Of a stretch of DNA of 64,000 nt, positions 13,218-24,710 are shown one piece after another; position 1 is the stretch's first letter, and the number at the start of each line of letters is the position of its first letter. Position numbers and translations under genes: made by a program. Where the stretch lies: the NCBI RefSeq assembly GCF_018350175.1, contig NC_058379.1:24242001-24306000 (forward strand), read 5' to 3'. This DNA is from Felis catus. Lineage: Eukaryota. Under the pieces are notes generated by a model. The model ran no database searches. It was not told where the DNA came from and saw only the letters and a program-made list of their open reading frames with translations.

Positions 13218-13418
13218 GGGGTGCCTGGGTGGCTCAGTCGGTCGAGCGTCTGATCAATTGGGTTTTCAAATCTCACAATTTGTGAGTTCGAGCCCCACAT
13301 TGGGCTCTGGGCTGACAGCTCAAAGCCTGGATCCTGCTTCAGATTCTGTGTCTGCCTCCTCTGCCCCTCCCCCACTCATGCTCTGTCTCTCTCTCTCTCT
13401 CAAAAATAAATAAACATA
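13218..13418 (+). mobile_element. CAN-SINE (older host of a nested pair)
   Basis: Outer TSD ATTGTATTTTG at 13207-13217 and 13671-13681. Confidence 0.92.
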
Positions 13419-13627
13419 GGGGCGCCTGGGTGGCTCAGTCGGTTAAGCGTCCGACTTCAGCTCAGGTCACGATCTCGAGGTCCCCGAGTTCAAGCCCCGC
13501 GTCGGGCTCTGGCCTGATGGCTCAGAGCCTGGAGCCTGCTTCCGATTCTGTGTCTCCCTCTCTCTCTGCCCCTCCCCCGTTCATGCTGTGTCTCTCCCTG
13601 TCTCAAAAATAAATAAACGTTAAACAA

Positions 13628-13650
<23 letters not shown>
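13419..13650 (+). mobile_element. Young SINEC_Fc-type SINE inserted in the tail of the previous SINE
   Basis: CpG-rich near-consensus body; AAATAAACATA duplicated on both sides; (TAAA)n tail. Confidence 0.95.
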
Positions 13651-13658
<8 letters not shown>

Positions 13659-14199
13659 ACATAAAAAGACATTGTATTTTGAAGTGGAAGTCAGATGGGA
13701 TGATAGAGCATGCGCTGTGGGCGTGGAGCCTGTAGGATCCAGTGTTTGGCTACTTCTCAGCTCCCTGGGATGAATTCTTGGCTGCCCACTCTTGCTCCTG
13801 TCCAGAGACTGCTGCCACCCACCATTCCTGGCAGGAACTCGGGTATGGGCATAGGAGTGGATCCAGCGTGTACCCTGTGCACCGAGTCATTGGTGGTTCC
13901 CATCGACCTGTGAGAATCTGCATCGACCCATGAACATCCTCGTGCCCCGATGTGCAGTAGGAAATTTAAAAAATACCATAACTTGTTTAGAGAAAGACGA
14001 TAGAAAAAAAGGGAAAAGCTCTTTCTCCTTCTTTTAAACAGGCCCCCGATTTTTATTTTGCGCTGGCCTCCACAAATTATGCAGTTGCCCCACAAAATAT
14101 ATAACCAAGGCCCAAGTATAGTCGTTTTCAAACTCTGCCCTACAGGGCCCTAGGGATTTCTCTGAGCCCCTTCAAGGCCCCAATGAGGATAGGTAATAG

Positions 14200-14460
14200 A
14201 GACTTTGACAAGAGCAGTTTGGTAAGGGTGGAGTAGGAAGTAGCCAGTTAGGAGTGTATGTAGGAGTGAGTGCAAGGTGAGCGTGTAGACAGCAATTGAA
14301 ACAAACTTGTTCAAAAGACTGGCCTGGAAGAGTAGGGAAGAGAGGTAGCCCGAGGAGGAGATAAAATGGAGGGAAGGGTTCTTCGTTTTTTGTTTGTTGG
14401 TTTGTTTGTTTTAAGAGAAATGAACATGTTTGCATGTTAATAAGATGATCGAGAGGTAAA
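14200..14460 (-). mobile_element. L2 internal fragment
   Basis: Purine-rich gacaagagcagttt...gagtgagtgcaaggtgag...aaacttgttcaaaagactggc, typical antisense L2. Confidence 0.65.
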
Positions 14461-14939
14461 AGTTAAATATAATCATTTCCAAATATTTACTGAAAATGTA
14501 TTGCATGGTTTTTGCTGTACATTCTTGAACTGAGATTCGAAAGCTTTCATTTTCCAAAGCACCAGAAGACGCTTTAGAATCTAGTCTTTATATGCAAATA
14601 TGGGAGGACAGTGTGAACCCCCTTAACATGGCTCAGGGCCATCCGTATTTGGCTGTCTTTTCAGCTGTCATGGGCTAGTGCTGGAGCAGAAGGCCACACA
14701 ATCCGTTCTTCTTGACTCAATAGTACAGCAGGATGATCTTCTGCCCTTGCACACTGTGTTTGGGTGTGAGATCTGTTGGGCTTTTTAATACTCAGCCATG
14801 CGACATGCTGGGGGCAGCTGTCATATTGGCTGCTTCAGGTATCTGGGATAGTTTTTGGCAGTGACTACTATTCTTTGATTCCCTAGGCAATTGGAATTAA
14901 TTGGCTCCTACTTGAATAGAATATTTATCAGATTTTGAA

Positions 14940-15095
14940 AGTAGTGAATAGGAGTATTGTGGGTTACTATATTTTTGTTTCTTTATCTGTAAAGTGTAAA
15001 TAATTCTACCTCCCCAATTGACAGGACTAAATGAGATAAAATACTTAAAATGCTTGGTACAGTGTTTGGCACATGATCTGATGCTTGACAAATCT
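14940..15095 (+). mobile_element. MIR 3' fragment
   Basis: tttctttatctgtaaagtg...aggactaaatgagataa...cagtgtttggcacat. Confidence 0.7.
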
Positions 15096-15546
15096 TACTT
15101 TCCTTTCTCATTCCTCTTTTTTTTTTAAATTAAATGTTGTGTGCATATGCCTTTCTTGATGCAATAGAGATGATAACAAAAATTCCAGCGTGTGCAAAAT
15201 CAATTTAAAATTTTAAATTATGTTGGATGAAATTTCTAATGAGAAAAAGCTTTCCGTGATAATTCAGTTTCCAAACAGGAAAAGATGCTTTTATAAATAA
15301 AAATATCTCCAATTTATTTTTTGAAAATATTTTCCCTTATAGCATGTATATAAATAAAGGCAAGTAGATTATAACGTCTGTGAATCTCCCTTACTTGTAA
15401 AGTTGGGATGATACTAATATGTAACATGGTGTTGTTAAGAAGTTTATTTGAGCACGGTGGCTGGCGTATTGTGCTCAACAGATAATAGCAGTAATTATTA
15501 TTTTGAGATTATGTCAAGATTCTGTTATTTATTTATGTATATTTTA

Positions 15547-15774
15547 TTTTATTTAAAAAAAATTTTTTTTTCAACGTTTATTTATTTTTGGGACAGAGAG
15601 AGACAGAGCATGAACGGGGGAGGGGCAGAGAGAGAGGGAGACACAGAATCGGAAGCAGGCTCCAGGCTCTGAGCCATCAGCCCAGAGCCTGACGCGGGGC
15701 TCGAACTCACGGACCGCGAGATCGTGACCTGGCTGAAGTCGGACGCTTAACCGACTGCGCCACCCAGGCGCCCC
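15547..15774 (-). mobile_element. Very young SINEC_Fc
   Basis: Near-consensus with CpGs intact; perfect 17-bp TSD TATTTATGTATATTTTA at 15530-15546 and 15775-15791. Confidence 0.97.
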
Positions 15775-15791
15775 TATTTATGTATATTTTA

Positions 15792-15936
15792 GAGAGAGAG
15801 AGAGAATGAGCAGGAGAGAGGGGCAGAGGGAGAGAGAGAATCTTAAGCAGGCTCCATGCTCAGCATGGAGCCCAATAGAGGGCTCGATCCCATGACTCTG
15901 GGATCATGACCTGAGCTGAAATCAAGAGTTGGATGC
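15792..15936 (-). mobile_element. Older 5'-truncated CAN-SINE abutting an L1
   Basis: SINE text stops at ...aagagttggatgc and L1 text begins directly. Confidence 0.85.
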
Positions 15937-17075
15937 CACACCATTTTACATTTCCACCTGTAATTCACCAGATCCCACTTTCTTTACATCCTCACCAACA
16001 CTTTTTTTCCTCCATTTTTTGGTGCTAGCCACACTAATGATTGGGAAGTGGTATCTTATTGTGGTTTTGATTTTCCTAATAACTAATGACATTGAGTATC
16101 TTCTCATGTGCTTGTCGGCCATTTTTGTATCTTTGTTGGAGAAATAACTATTCAAGTTTTTGGCCCACTTTTATATTGGGTTGATAGCTTTTTGTTATTG
16201 ATGATTGTAAGAGTTCTTTACAGGGGCACCTGGGTGGCTCAGTTGGTTAAGCACTGACTTCAGCTCAGGTCATGATCTCATGGTTCAAGCCCTGTTGTTG
16301 GGCTCTGTGCTAACAGCTTGGAGCCTGGAGCCAGTTTCGGATTCTGTGTTTCCCTCTCTCTCTCTCTGCTCCTCCCCGACTCGTGCTATGTCTCTCTCTC
16401 TCTCTCTCTTTCCAAAATGCAGTGAACCTTAAAAAAAAATTAAAAAGAGTTTTTTACATATTCTGGGATATTAATCCCTTATCAAATATTTGATTTGTAA
16501 ATATTTTCTCCCATTTTGTAGGGTGTCTTTTCACTTTTGATAGCATCCTTTGTTATATGAGAGTTTTGATAATGTTCAATTTGTCTATTTTTTTTCTTTT
16601 GTTGCCTGTCCTTTTGGTGTTAATAACCACAAGCACATTACCAAACACAATGTCATGAACTCTTTTAAGAGTTGTATACTNNNNNNNNNNNNNNNNNNNN
16701 NNNNNNNNNNNNNNNNNNNNNNNNNNNNNNNNNNNNNNNNNNNNNNNNNNNNNNNNNNNNNNNNNNNNNNNNNNNNNNNNNNNNNNNNNNNNNNNNNNNN
16801 NNNNNNNNNNNNNNNNNNNNNNNNNNNNNNNNTGGCACCTGTATTGAAAATCAACTGAATGTATATATGAATGTTTATTTTGGGGCTCTGTATTCTATTC
16901 CATTAGCCTATGTCTGTGTTTATGCCAGTATAACACTGTTTTGATTAGTGTAGCTTTGTAATAAGTTTTGAAATCGAAATACAAGTCCTCCAAATTTGTT
17001 GTTCTTTTTCAGGATTATTTTGGCTATTTGGGAAACCTTGAGAGTACATACAAATTTTAGGATAGGTTTCTGTTC
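15937..17075 (-). mobile_element. L1 ORF2 fragment (old), interrupted by a SINE and an N-gap
   Basis: ccattttacatttccac...catcctcaccaacact...tggtatcttattgtggttttgattt...tgtattgaaaatcaactga...ttttaggatagg. Confidence 0.88.
16223..16443 (+). mobile_element. CAN-SINE inside L1
   Basis: Degenerate TSD AAGAGTTCTTTACA / AAGAGTTTTTTTACA. Confidence 0.92.
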
Positions 17076-17105
17076 TGTCTGCCTTTAATACACTCATTCA
17101 TTTAA

Positions 17106-17304
17106 GGAATTTATTTCATTTTATTTTTTTCGAGAGAGAGCACATGTTGGAGTGGGGGAGGAGCAAAGGACAGGTTGAGAGAGAATCTTACGCAGGTTCC
17201 ACACCCAGCTTGGCGCCCAATGTGGGACTTAATCTCAGGACGGTGAGATTCGTGACCAAAATCGAGAGTCAGTCACTTAACTGACTGAGCCACCCAAGCA
17301 CCCC
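17106..17304 (-). mobile_element. CAN-SINE
   Basis: Reverse SINE; TCATTCATTTAA at 17094-17105 and 17310-17321. Confidence 0.88.
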
Positions 17305-17451
17305 TACCTTCATTCATTTAAATTTTAAAAGTAGCAGATTGAAAAAATTTGTGAGTGCTGCAAAAATTTGAGTCCTTTAGAAGTTTCCTATAGTTGCCAA
17401 CATGTAAGGCAATACAAAATATACTAAACTGATCGATAATTCTTTTTAAAA

Positions 17452-17670
17452 GATTTTTTAAAATGTTTATTTATTTTTGAGAGACAGAGAGACAGAATGC
17501 TAAGAGGGGAAGGGCAGAGGGAGAGGGAGAGGGAGACACAGAATCGAAAGCAGGATCCAGGCTCTGAGCTGTCAGTACAGAGCCCAACGCAGGGCTCATA
17601 CTCACAAACCATGAGATCATGCCCTTAACTGAAGTTAGACGCTCAACCAACTGAGCCACCCAGGCAACCC
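17452..17670 (-). mobile_element. CAN-SINE (SINEC_Fc-related)
   Basis: aatgtttatttatttttgagagacagag...gagccacccaggcaaccc. Confidence 0.92.
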
Positions 17671-17799
17671 ACTGGTGTATAATTCTTAAAATAAAAATCA
17701 TGCTCCAAGTATGCAGTGAGACTGTTGTGTAATAAATTTGATCTTTGTAACTTTTAGAGATGCCTTATTATTTTAAAGCTGTATCACTATAGAGGCATT

Positions 17800-18030
17800 G
17801 TTATATAGTGAGTAAGAGTATGGTTTTTGGGATCAGACATATCTTTGTCTGAATTCAGGCTCTGGCATTCGCTACTTGTAGGACTGGGCAAGTGATTTCT
17901 GTTTGAGCCTCAGTTATCTCAACTGTAAAATGAAAATAAAAATAGGGTTGTTATGAAAATTAAATGTAATAACATATAAAGATTTCTAGTGCAAAGTCAG
18001 ACACACTTTAATACTCAATAAGATAGCTAA
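17800..18030 (+). mobile_element. MIR
   Basis: atagtgagtaagagtatgg...gggcaagtgatt...gagcctcagttatctcaactgtaaaatg...aattaaatgtaataac. Confidence 0.75.
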
Positions 18031-18214
18031 AAATATTTAGGCTTATGTGGTTTCTTTTTAATGGGATTATCCTTTGGGTTTATGTTCGATAATGGAAGAG
18101 TGGGCAGCTGATGATCTGTTCTGCCGGCTTCACCTCTAACAAGCTTGTATGATTGAAGATGATTCTGGGCTGGAGTTTTGTCATTTGTAAAAATAAGGTC
18201 TCTCCCAGTTATAA

Positions 18215-19050
18215 CTCCTCAGTGATGTCTTTATCTTATTTTTCTCTGTATTCTCTTCTGGAACCCTTGTTAGATGTGTTCTGAACTATCGTATTCTGTC
18301 TTCCTTGCTTCACCTTCTTTTTCCTTCCTGTATTTATCTCCTCATCTGTCCTGCATTTTGGGTGATTTCCTTGGGTTAATCTTCCTGGTCGCTAATTATC
18401 TGCTTTGTATTGTTCAGGCTACCTATTGAGGTCCTTTCCACCAAATAAGGTCCCTTCCTCCTTTTATTTCTAGAGTTTCTATTTGATTCTTTTTTCAAAC
18501 ATGCCTCGTCATTTTTCATACTGCCCATTTTTACCCTGTTACTTCTCTTACGTTGTTTGTCTTCTTCAACATTTTAAACATAGTTGTCTTAAAGTTTCTT
18601 TTAGTCTGTTGGATGATGCCTAACTCTTGTGGTGCAAATTCTGCCATCTACATCACCACTCTGGGTGGTAGGTGAGGTTTCCCCAGTCTTCATGGGCAGA
18701 CCTTGGTGATTCTTGGTTTTACTCAGGTAGTTCATGTCCACTGAGCAGCATGCATGAAAAGTGCCACCCGGGCACCTCTCCCCAAGGTGGCATCATTGTG
18801 CTCTTCTAGTGGCTAAAGCCTATGACTAATTCCAGTACTCACTCTTCCTGGAAGCTATTGGCTTTAGCTCCTGCTCACCACTCTGTCTTTATATCCTTTG
18901 TTTCTAGCACTTGGGGAGTTCCCTTCCTTAGATACAAGCTTGGACATGTAGCCTAAAATTATTTTCATAGAATCTACTCATTTTGTGTTTTCACATTGCC
19001 TGCTGTCTTTCCAGAGGAGTCCAGTATGCCATTTTTGCCATATTGGAAGC
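18215..19050 (-). mobile_element. Very old L1M/HAL1-like fragment
   Basis: Pyrimidine-rich ttctcttctggaacccttgttagatgtgtt...ttctagagtttctatttgattcttttt...; family uncertain. Confidence 0.5.
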
Positions 19051-20447
19051 CTCTGCAGATATCTGGACATGTACATGTACATTTCTCCAATAAGTCTTTA
19101 GAATCTTTGATTAAACATTTCCTCTTTTTTCAGCTCTAGTGTAATACTTTGTATAGAGTTGGTACTCAGTAACTAGCTGTTGAATGACTGAATGAATGTA
19201 TGAGATCTAAGGCATTGGTTTCCAGTTTTGAAGTGTAGTAGACCATTGGTGAGACTTTAAAGTTTATTGTTGCTTATTGGTTTTTTGTGTTTTGTTTTTG
19301 TTTTTGTTTTTAACTGCCTTTCTCTCTTTTTAGATGAACTACATACCCTATTTTAATTAAAGTGAACTGAATTAGAGGGTGGGTTGTAGAAAGAAGAATA
19401 CCCAGAAACCAAACACAGTAGAGAGTTCAAAACTGCATCAGGAATTAGTGATCCAAAGAGGGAGGTACATATCAATAAGCCACTAAAAGATATTCTTAGA
19501 CAGAATCAGTGAAAAGCCCCCAGGGACTCTTCTGAAAGGAAAGAGCAGTGTTATCAGCTCCCCCTGTACCAACCATTTGTGTTTTTTCATGAAATTCACC
19601 TCCTTATCTTTATAAGCAGACTTTGATAAAAGATTGCCGACTAAGTAGTGTGTTTTTTCTTGATTTCCAAAGCTGCTTTAATTTTCTCATAAATACCAAG
19701 ATAATCTCACTTAAACTAAGTGCCTCTTTGCATCTCAGNNNNNNNNNNNNNNNNNNNNNNNNNNNNNNNNNNNNNNNNNNNNNNNNNNNNNNNNNNNNNN
19801 NNNNNNNNNNNNNNNNNNNNNNNNNNNNNNNNNNNNNNNNNNNNNNNNNNNNNNNNNNNNNNNNNNNNNNNNNNNNNNACAAAACTATATTATGTCTCTG
19901 ACATTCTAGGGTTTCATTATTTTGTCTTCAATTATTCACAAAGGCTTTTCACCTCTCAGAGCATATATGGAATTCTTCAGATCAAGTGAGCCCAAGGCTG
20001 AAACGATGGAAGACTGTATTAAGACATGATGTTCTCCTTTTTATTTAGGTGGTATTTTTCCTTTTAGGTGGACTAAACAACCCTTTTTCTACACATATAA
20101 AATTGAGATCTGTTTGTTATGAGAGTGAGTTCTTTTGTTTGCAGAGCACAGGTTGTTAGGATGCACTCTGTGTGCTGTGTTACCAGTCCTTTCTTAACAG
20201 CTTTGAAGAAATGTTTCTTGAAGATTATAACGGTGATTCTCAAACTTTATTTACTATAAAAATTATCTGTTCCTCTATGTTCATAGAGTGGTGCTTTAAA
20301 ATCTAAAGTTGGGTAAGGGTGGGGGGTCTCCTAAAAAGCTCTTGAATCATTTTTTGTTTCTCCACTATCGGTACATTAACTCCAGCCGTCTTTGTTTCTG
20401 ATGGCATTGTTGTGATGGCTTCCCACGAACTCAGGGATTCTTAAGTG

Positions 20448-20490
20448 TATGTGTGTGTATGTGTGTGTGTTGGGGTGGGGGTGGGGTGGG
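20448..20490 (+). repeat. Imperfect (GT)n followed by a G4-forming (GGGGT)n tract
   Basis: gtgtatgtgtgtgtatgtgtgtgtgt then GGGG-T-GGGGG-T-GGGG-T-GGG (20472-20490). Confidence 0.85.
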
Positions 20491-21439
20491 ATGGACCCCT
20501 TTAGCAGTCTGGTGGAGCCTCCTGTTACAAAAAAGACAGATTATAAAAATACAGCTTCATCCATGGAGTCCTGTACAGCTCAAAGTGTGAAATATATTCT
20601 AGTTTAACCTAATCCAGACCTCAAAAAATATTTCATCGAAGCTAAAACTTTCCATTCTTGTGATTAACCCCAAAGCAAATTTTTGGAGCCTAAGCAAAAC
20701 ACATTAAACCATGAAAAAAAACAACTTTTTTTTTTTTTTTGATGAACAGATAACTAATACTATTAGTACTTCAAAAAGCCTAGAAACTAAGAATAAAGAT
20801 CCAGGTTTTCTTACAGTATAAATTCATGTACACAGTCCCTTCAGTTCTTAAGTTGCTAGTAAATCTGCTAGGTGCACAGAATGCATAATAGAAAAATAAG
20901 TTGAAATACCTATGAGACAACTGTGCTTTATCTGGAATGTGCTTAATGTTTAAACTTGCCACTTAAGTACCACTCTTACAGCCTTCTTTAGTTGCTGTTT
21001 TATATACTGTGTGTGTAGGAAGGGACAAAGAAAGGTGAGAGATAATGGATCTGTTTCTCTCCAGTGCTTATGTTGCTCTCTGCTAATGAGTTAGACATGA
21101 AAAAAAAGTACATTTACTTACTCTTTCAACCTTCTGGGTGCATACTGGACAGGTATGCTTGTTTTGTACCTGAAGATAACATTACTGTCTCCTGTTCACT
21201 GTAACATATGCTGGGTTAGTTTTTAAAGTGTCAGGGATTCTGGGGGATTAAGGGAAGTACACTGGGATCATGTCATTCATCCACTTTCTTTTTTAAAACA
21301 ACTTATTAGTGGAAAGATAATTCAAATCTCTTCCGGGTTACAGTACAAAATGATTTGTTTTCCTATTTTGCCCCCAATACATAATGGCATGAATCATCAT
21401 AACTGCATATATTTGTATCTGACTGTTTACAGAACATTT

Positions 21440-21610
21440 TTACTTATTTGATCTCATTTTGTCCTCATAGTAACTTGTGACACAGGTATGTCAGGGGTTA
21501 TTGATCTCTGTTTCACAGAAGAGGAAACTGAGGCCCAGAGAGGTTGTGACTTGCCTGAGGTCACAGAGTAACTGGTAGCATTGCGATGGGAACTCAGGCC
21601 CCTTGGCTCC
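21440..21610 (-). mobile_element. MIR
   Basis: tttcacagaagaggaaactgaggcccagagaggttgtgacttgcctgaggtcacagag...gaactcagg. Confidence 0.85.
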
Positions 21611-21953
21611 TTTCCAGTGCTCTTTTCTGTAACTCCAGGCAGAGAGCGTTTGCTCTTCACTTTCTCTGCAGTATCTTTTTGTACTGCTCAGGCAGATGGA
21701 TGGGCGTTTGTTCAGTCTTGGTAATGGACATGGATTATGTCCCCATCTGCTTGGNNNNNNNNNNNNNNNNNNNNNNNNNNNNNNNNNNNNNNNNNNNNNN
21801 NNNNNNNNNNNNNNNNNNNNNNNNNNNNNNNNNNNNNNNNNNNNNNNNNNNNNNNNNNNNNNNNNNNNNNNNNNNNNNNNNNNNNNNNNNNNNNACTTTA
21901 ATTTAGCAGACTGGAAAAATATGACCTCTGGCTACATGGCCTTTTCATTTCAC

Positions 21954-21955
<2 letters not shown>

Positions 21956-21999
<44 letters not shown>
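21956..21999 (+). repeat. (GT)22 microsatellite
   Basis: Read directly. Confidence 0.97.
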
Positions 22000-22001
<2 letters not shown>

Positions 22002-23612
22002 CTGATGAACTTGGGGAGGTTTCATTACTTTCTGCTCTGCTTTTCCAAGGGCTCTAATTGTCTCTACTGCAACCCCCAAGCCTCTTCCTCCTGTCTGCTG
22101 ACAGCAGTCAGGATTTCCATGTGACATAGAGCAGCAGATTATTGATTTTGTTTTTTGTGTCAGGGCACTGTGTGTGTCACTTGAGGTGGTCTTGTGGGCA
22201 TTTAGTTCATCAGTGATTATGCACAGGGCCCACTTTAGCTTGAGCTGGGAAGGAAATGTCAAACAGGAAAGGGCCGGGATGATTCTTTTAAGAGGGAACA
22301 TCAGGGAATTTATACCAGAGAGAAACACTGAGCTGTCACTTCTCCTTCAGCATTTCACTTTGATTTCCATTTGGCATGTTTAAAGAGCCTGACATTTCGT
22401 TTCTCCATGTTCACTTGAGCAGGGAGTATGGGATCAGAAGCCATCGATTGGTTGGCAGTAGTCTATAACTCTTAAATAGCATTCGATCATGAATGAAAGC
22501 TCCACATGTTTGAAAGTCAGCCCCCAAATAATTGGGTATATCTTCAGCCTGTGGACATCTGCCCTGTTTTGATTCAAACATGGGGAAGTTGGTCTAGTTC
22601 CACTGAGCTTCAGTGAAACCTCACCTCCTCTAAGGTGAGAGCAAATCCAAGGACTTTAGGAAATCTGTGTGTTTTATCTTGGGCTCAGATAACCTCAGGT
22701 GGTATGTTGGGCTAGGCTTATACCTAGTATCTTCTTGGAGCCTCAGCGAGCCTGAGCCCCTCAGCTATATTCCACCTTTCAAGGATAGGAGGCACATGAG
22801 AGGACTTGAGGGCCACCATGCATGTGGACAGAGGCTGAGGGTGCAGCTACTGCTTTCATATTTTCTTTTGACAAACTGAGACCTCTCTGAGTTTTGCAGT
22901 TCTTGGTGGCTAGGAGAGTAATGGTTGTTTTCTTCTATAACTTTTATGGGGGATTTTTCTCCTACCACAGCCCTCCAGCACTAGGTGGCCTGTCTGAAGC
23001 CAAGGCACAGGTTCTAGACTAACTTGGAACACTGGAAAGGCGTGTGCCTGGCTCCTTCCTGTTTGCTTCATATTTGAGTGGCAGGCCTGTCTTTCATTTT
23101 GATTGGTTGATACCAATCTAATAGTTCTGAAGGGAGATGTCAAAACCCCGTTGCGTTAAGACCCTTTCTCAAAACGTGTGAGTTGGCATGGGTACTGTTC
23201 TTCCTGCCATCCTTCTTGGTAGGCTCACCTGCCCTGAATCTGTTAGGAGTAAATGTGTTGTTGATCTGGGGCAGTTAGGTGCTTTATGCATGCACATTAG
23301 TGCTGAGTAATATATTGATCATTGTATCTCAAGCTACCTGTGGTGAAACTCTATTAACGAAACCCTGGGGATGAAATATGAAATTGAATGGAATGTGCTG
23401 TAAATGGAGAACAGTGGTAAGTAAAAGGAACTGGAGGAGCATGTACAGAAGAGAAAAGGGCAGGGACTTTGAAGAACTTTTCCTTTACAATCTTCAGTTT
23501 GTTTCCACCCTGAGTACTTCACTGAATATTTTTGGGTTTGGCTTTTTTTTTTTTTTTTTTTTTTTTTTGCTTGCTTGTTTCTTGATTTTCACGGTTTTTT
23601 TTGTTTTGTTTC

Positions 23613-23615
23613 TAT

Positions 23616-23662
<47 letters not shown>

Positions 23663-23664
23663 TT
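23613..23664 (+). repeat. (TATT)13 tetranucleotide microsatellite
   Basis: Read directly; a T-run lies nearby at ~23543-23568. Confidence 0.95.
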
Positions 23665-23789
23665 TGTTGTTGTTGTTTCCTTTTAAGTTGGTTGCTTTCT
23701 TTGTTGCTGTGCTATGCAGTGTGCTTGTCCAACTCTCAGCCCCTACCCCATCTCCTTGGAACAGTGGATCAGACATTGTGCGTTTGTTT

Positions 23790-23987
23790 GTTTTTAATGT
23801 TTTATTTATTTTTTCAGAGCAAGAGCATGAGTGGGGGGGGGGGCACAGAGAGAGGTGGGCAGAGGATCCAAAGTGGACTCTGAGCTGACCGCAGCGAGCC
23901 CAATGTGGGGCTTGAACTCAGGAACCATGAGATCATGACCTGAGCTGAAGTCAGATGCTTAACCCACTGGAGCCACCCAGGTGCCCC
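23790..23987 (-). mobile_element. CAN-SINE
   Basis: Reverse SINE ending ...gagccacccaggtgcccc. Confidence 0.92.
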
Positions 23988-24519
23988 TGGATTGGGTGTC
24001 TTTATTTCACTGTATTCTCTCCCTACTCCCCTTCCTCTACAATACCTGCGTTGTCTATATGTAAGAAATCTTGCACGTTTCAGAGACTGGCCATCTGTGG
24101 AGTATGTACCAAGCCCCGCTGTTAGGCCATTTTCATGGCTACTCGAGGAGGTTATATCAGCAAGTCCCACTCCTTGTCACTTGCAGGGGCTTTTGTCAGC
24201 CACCTGCCCTGACGGGTAGTAGCTTTTGGATATTTCCCTGATATTCTGTGGCCCATTGCCAACCAGTTTAAATACCATTCTCAGACTCTGGTGAGAATTT
24301 GGAGCTGGTGTTGCCCCTCCGGGCTTTTAGATCTTTCTCCAGGGAGCATGAAGTAGAGCCAGTGTTGCGAATAAGAACTGTTGTCCAACACACAGCTTCA
24401 GCCCCAGCTATTCAAGTTGCTGTCCCTAATCCAGCATGACACATTAGAATGAAAGCAGTGTAAAACTTTTGTGCCCCATTTTGACAAGGTTGGCCATATC
24501 TGGTATAAACAGTGATAAA

Positions 24520-24710
24520 CTGTGAACCGACATGTGAAGAGTTAGACAGACCTGGGTTCCTGTCCCAGATCTGCCACCTATTACCTCATGGCCTTGGGCA
24601 ATTTATTTACCTTTCTGAACCTTAACTTCTGCTCAGGAAGTTGGGCTAATCATACCTATCTCACAGATTGTTACAGAGGTTAACTGATAACATATATATA
24701 AAAAACATCC
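24520..24710 (+). mobile_element. MIR
   Basis: gttagacagacctgggttcctgtcccagatctgccacctattac...ccttgggcaatttatttacc. Confidence 0.8.

Larger units (their letters stand above)
13093..14091 (+). mobile_element. MER45-like hAT-Tip100 DNA transposon interrupted by two SINEs
   Basis: Left end agggccggcttcgtggg...gaaattctgaataatt; right end aacaggcccccgatttttattttgcgctggcctccacaaattatgcagttgccc; both resemble MER45 termini. Confidence 0.7.

Noticed and set aside
13430-13672. ORFs beginning MAQSVKR.../MVQLVKR.../MGEGQR... here and at 11113, 13145, 17471, 46558, 52770, 56143, 61806, 62458
   Set aside because: These are translations of CAN-SINE bodies, not genes.
20047-20069. Tandem TTAG|GTGG motifs after pyrimidine runs (possible microexon or ratchet site)
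   Set aside because: The donors GTGGTA and GTGGAC are weak.
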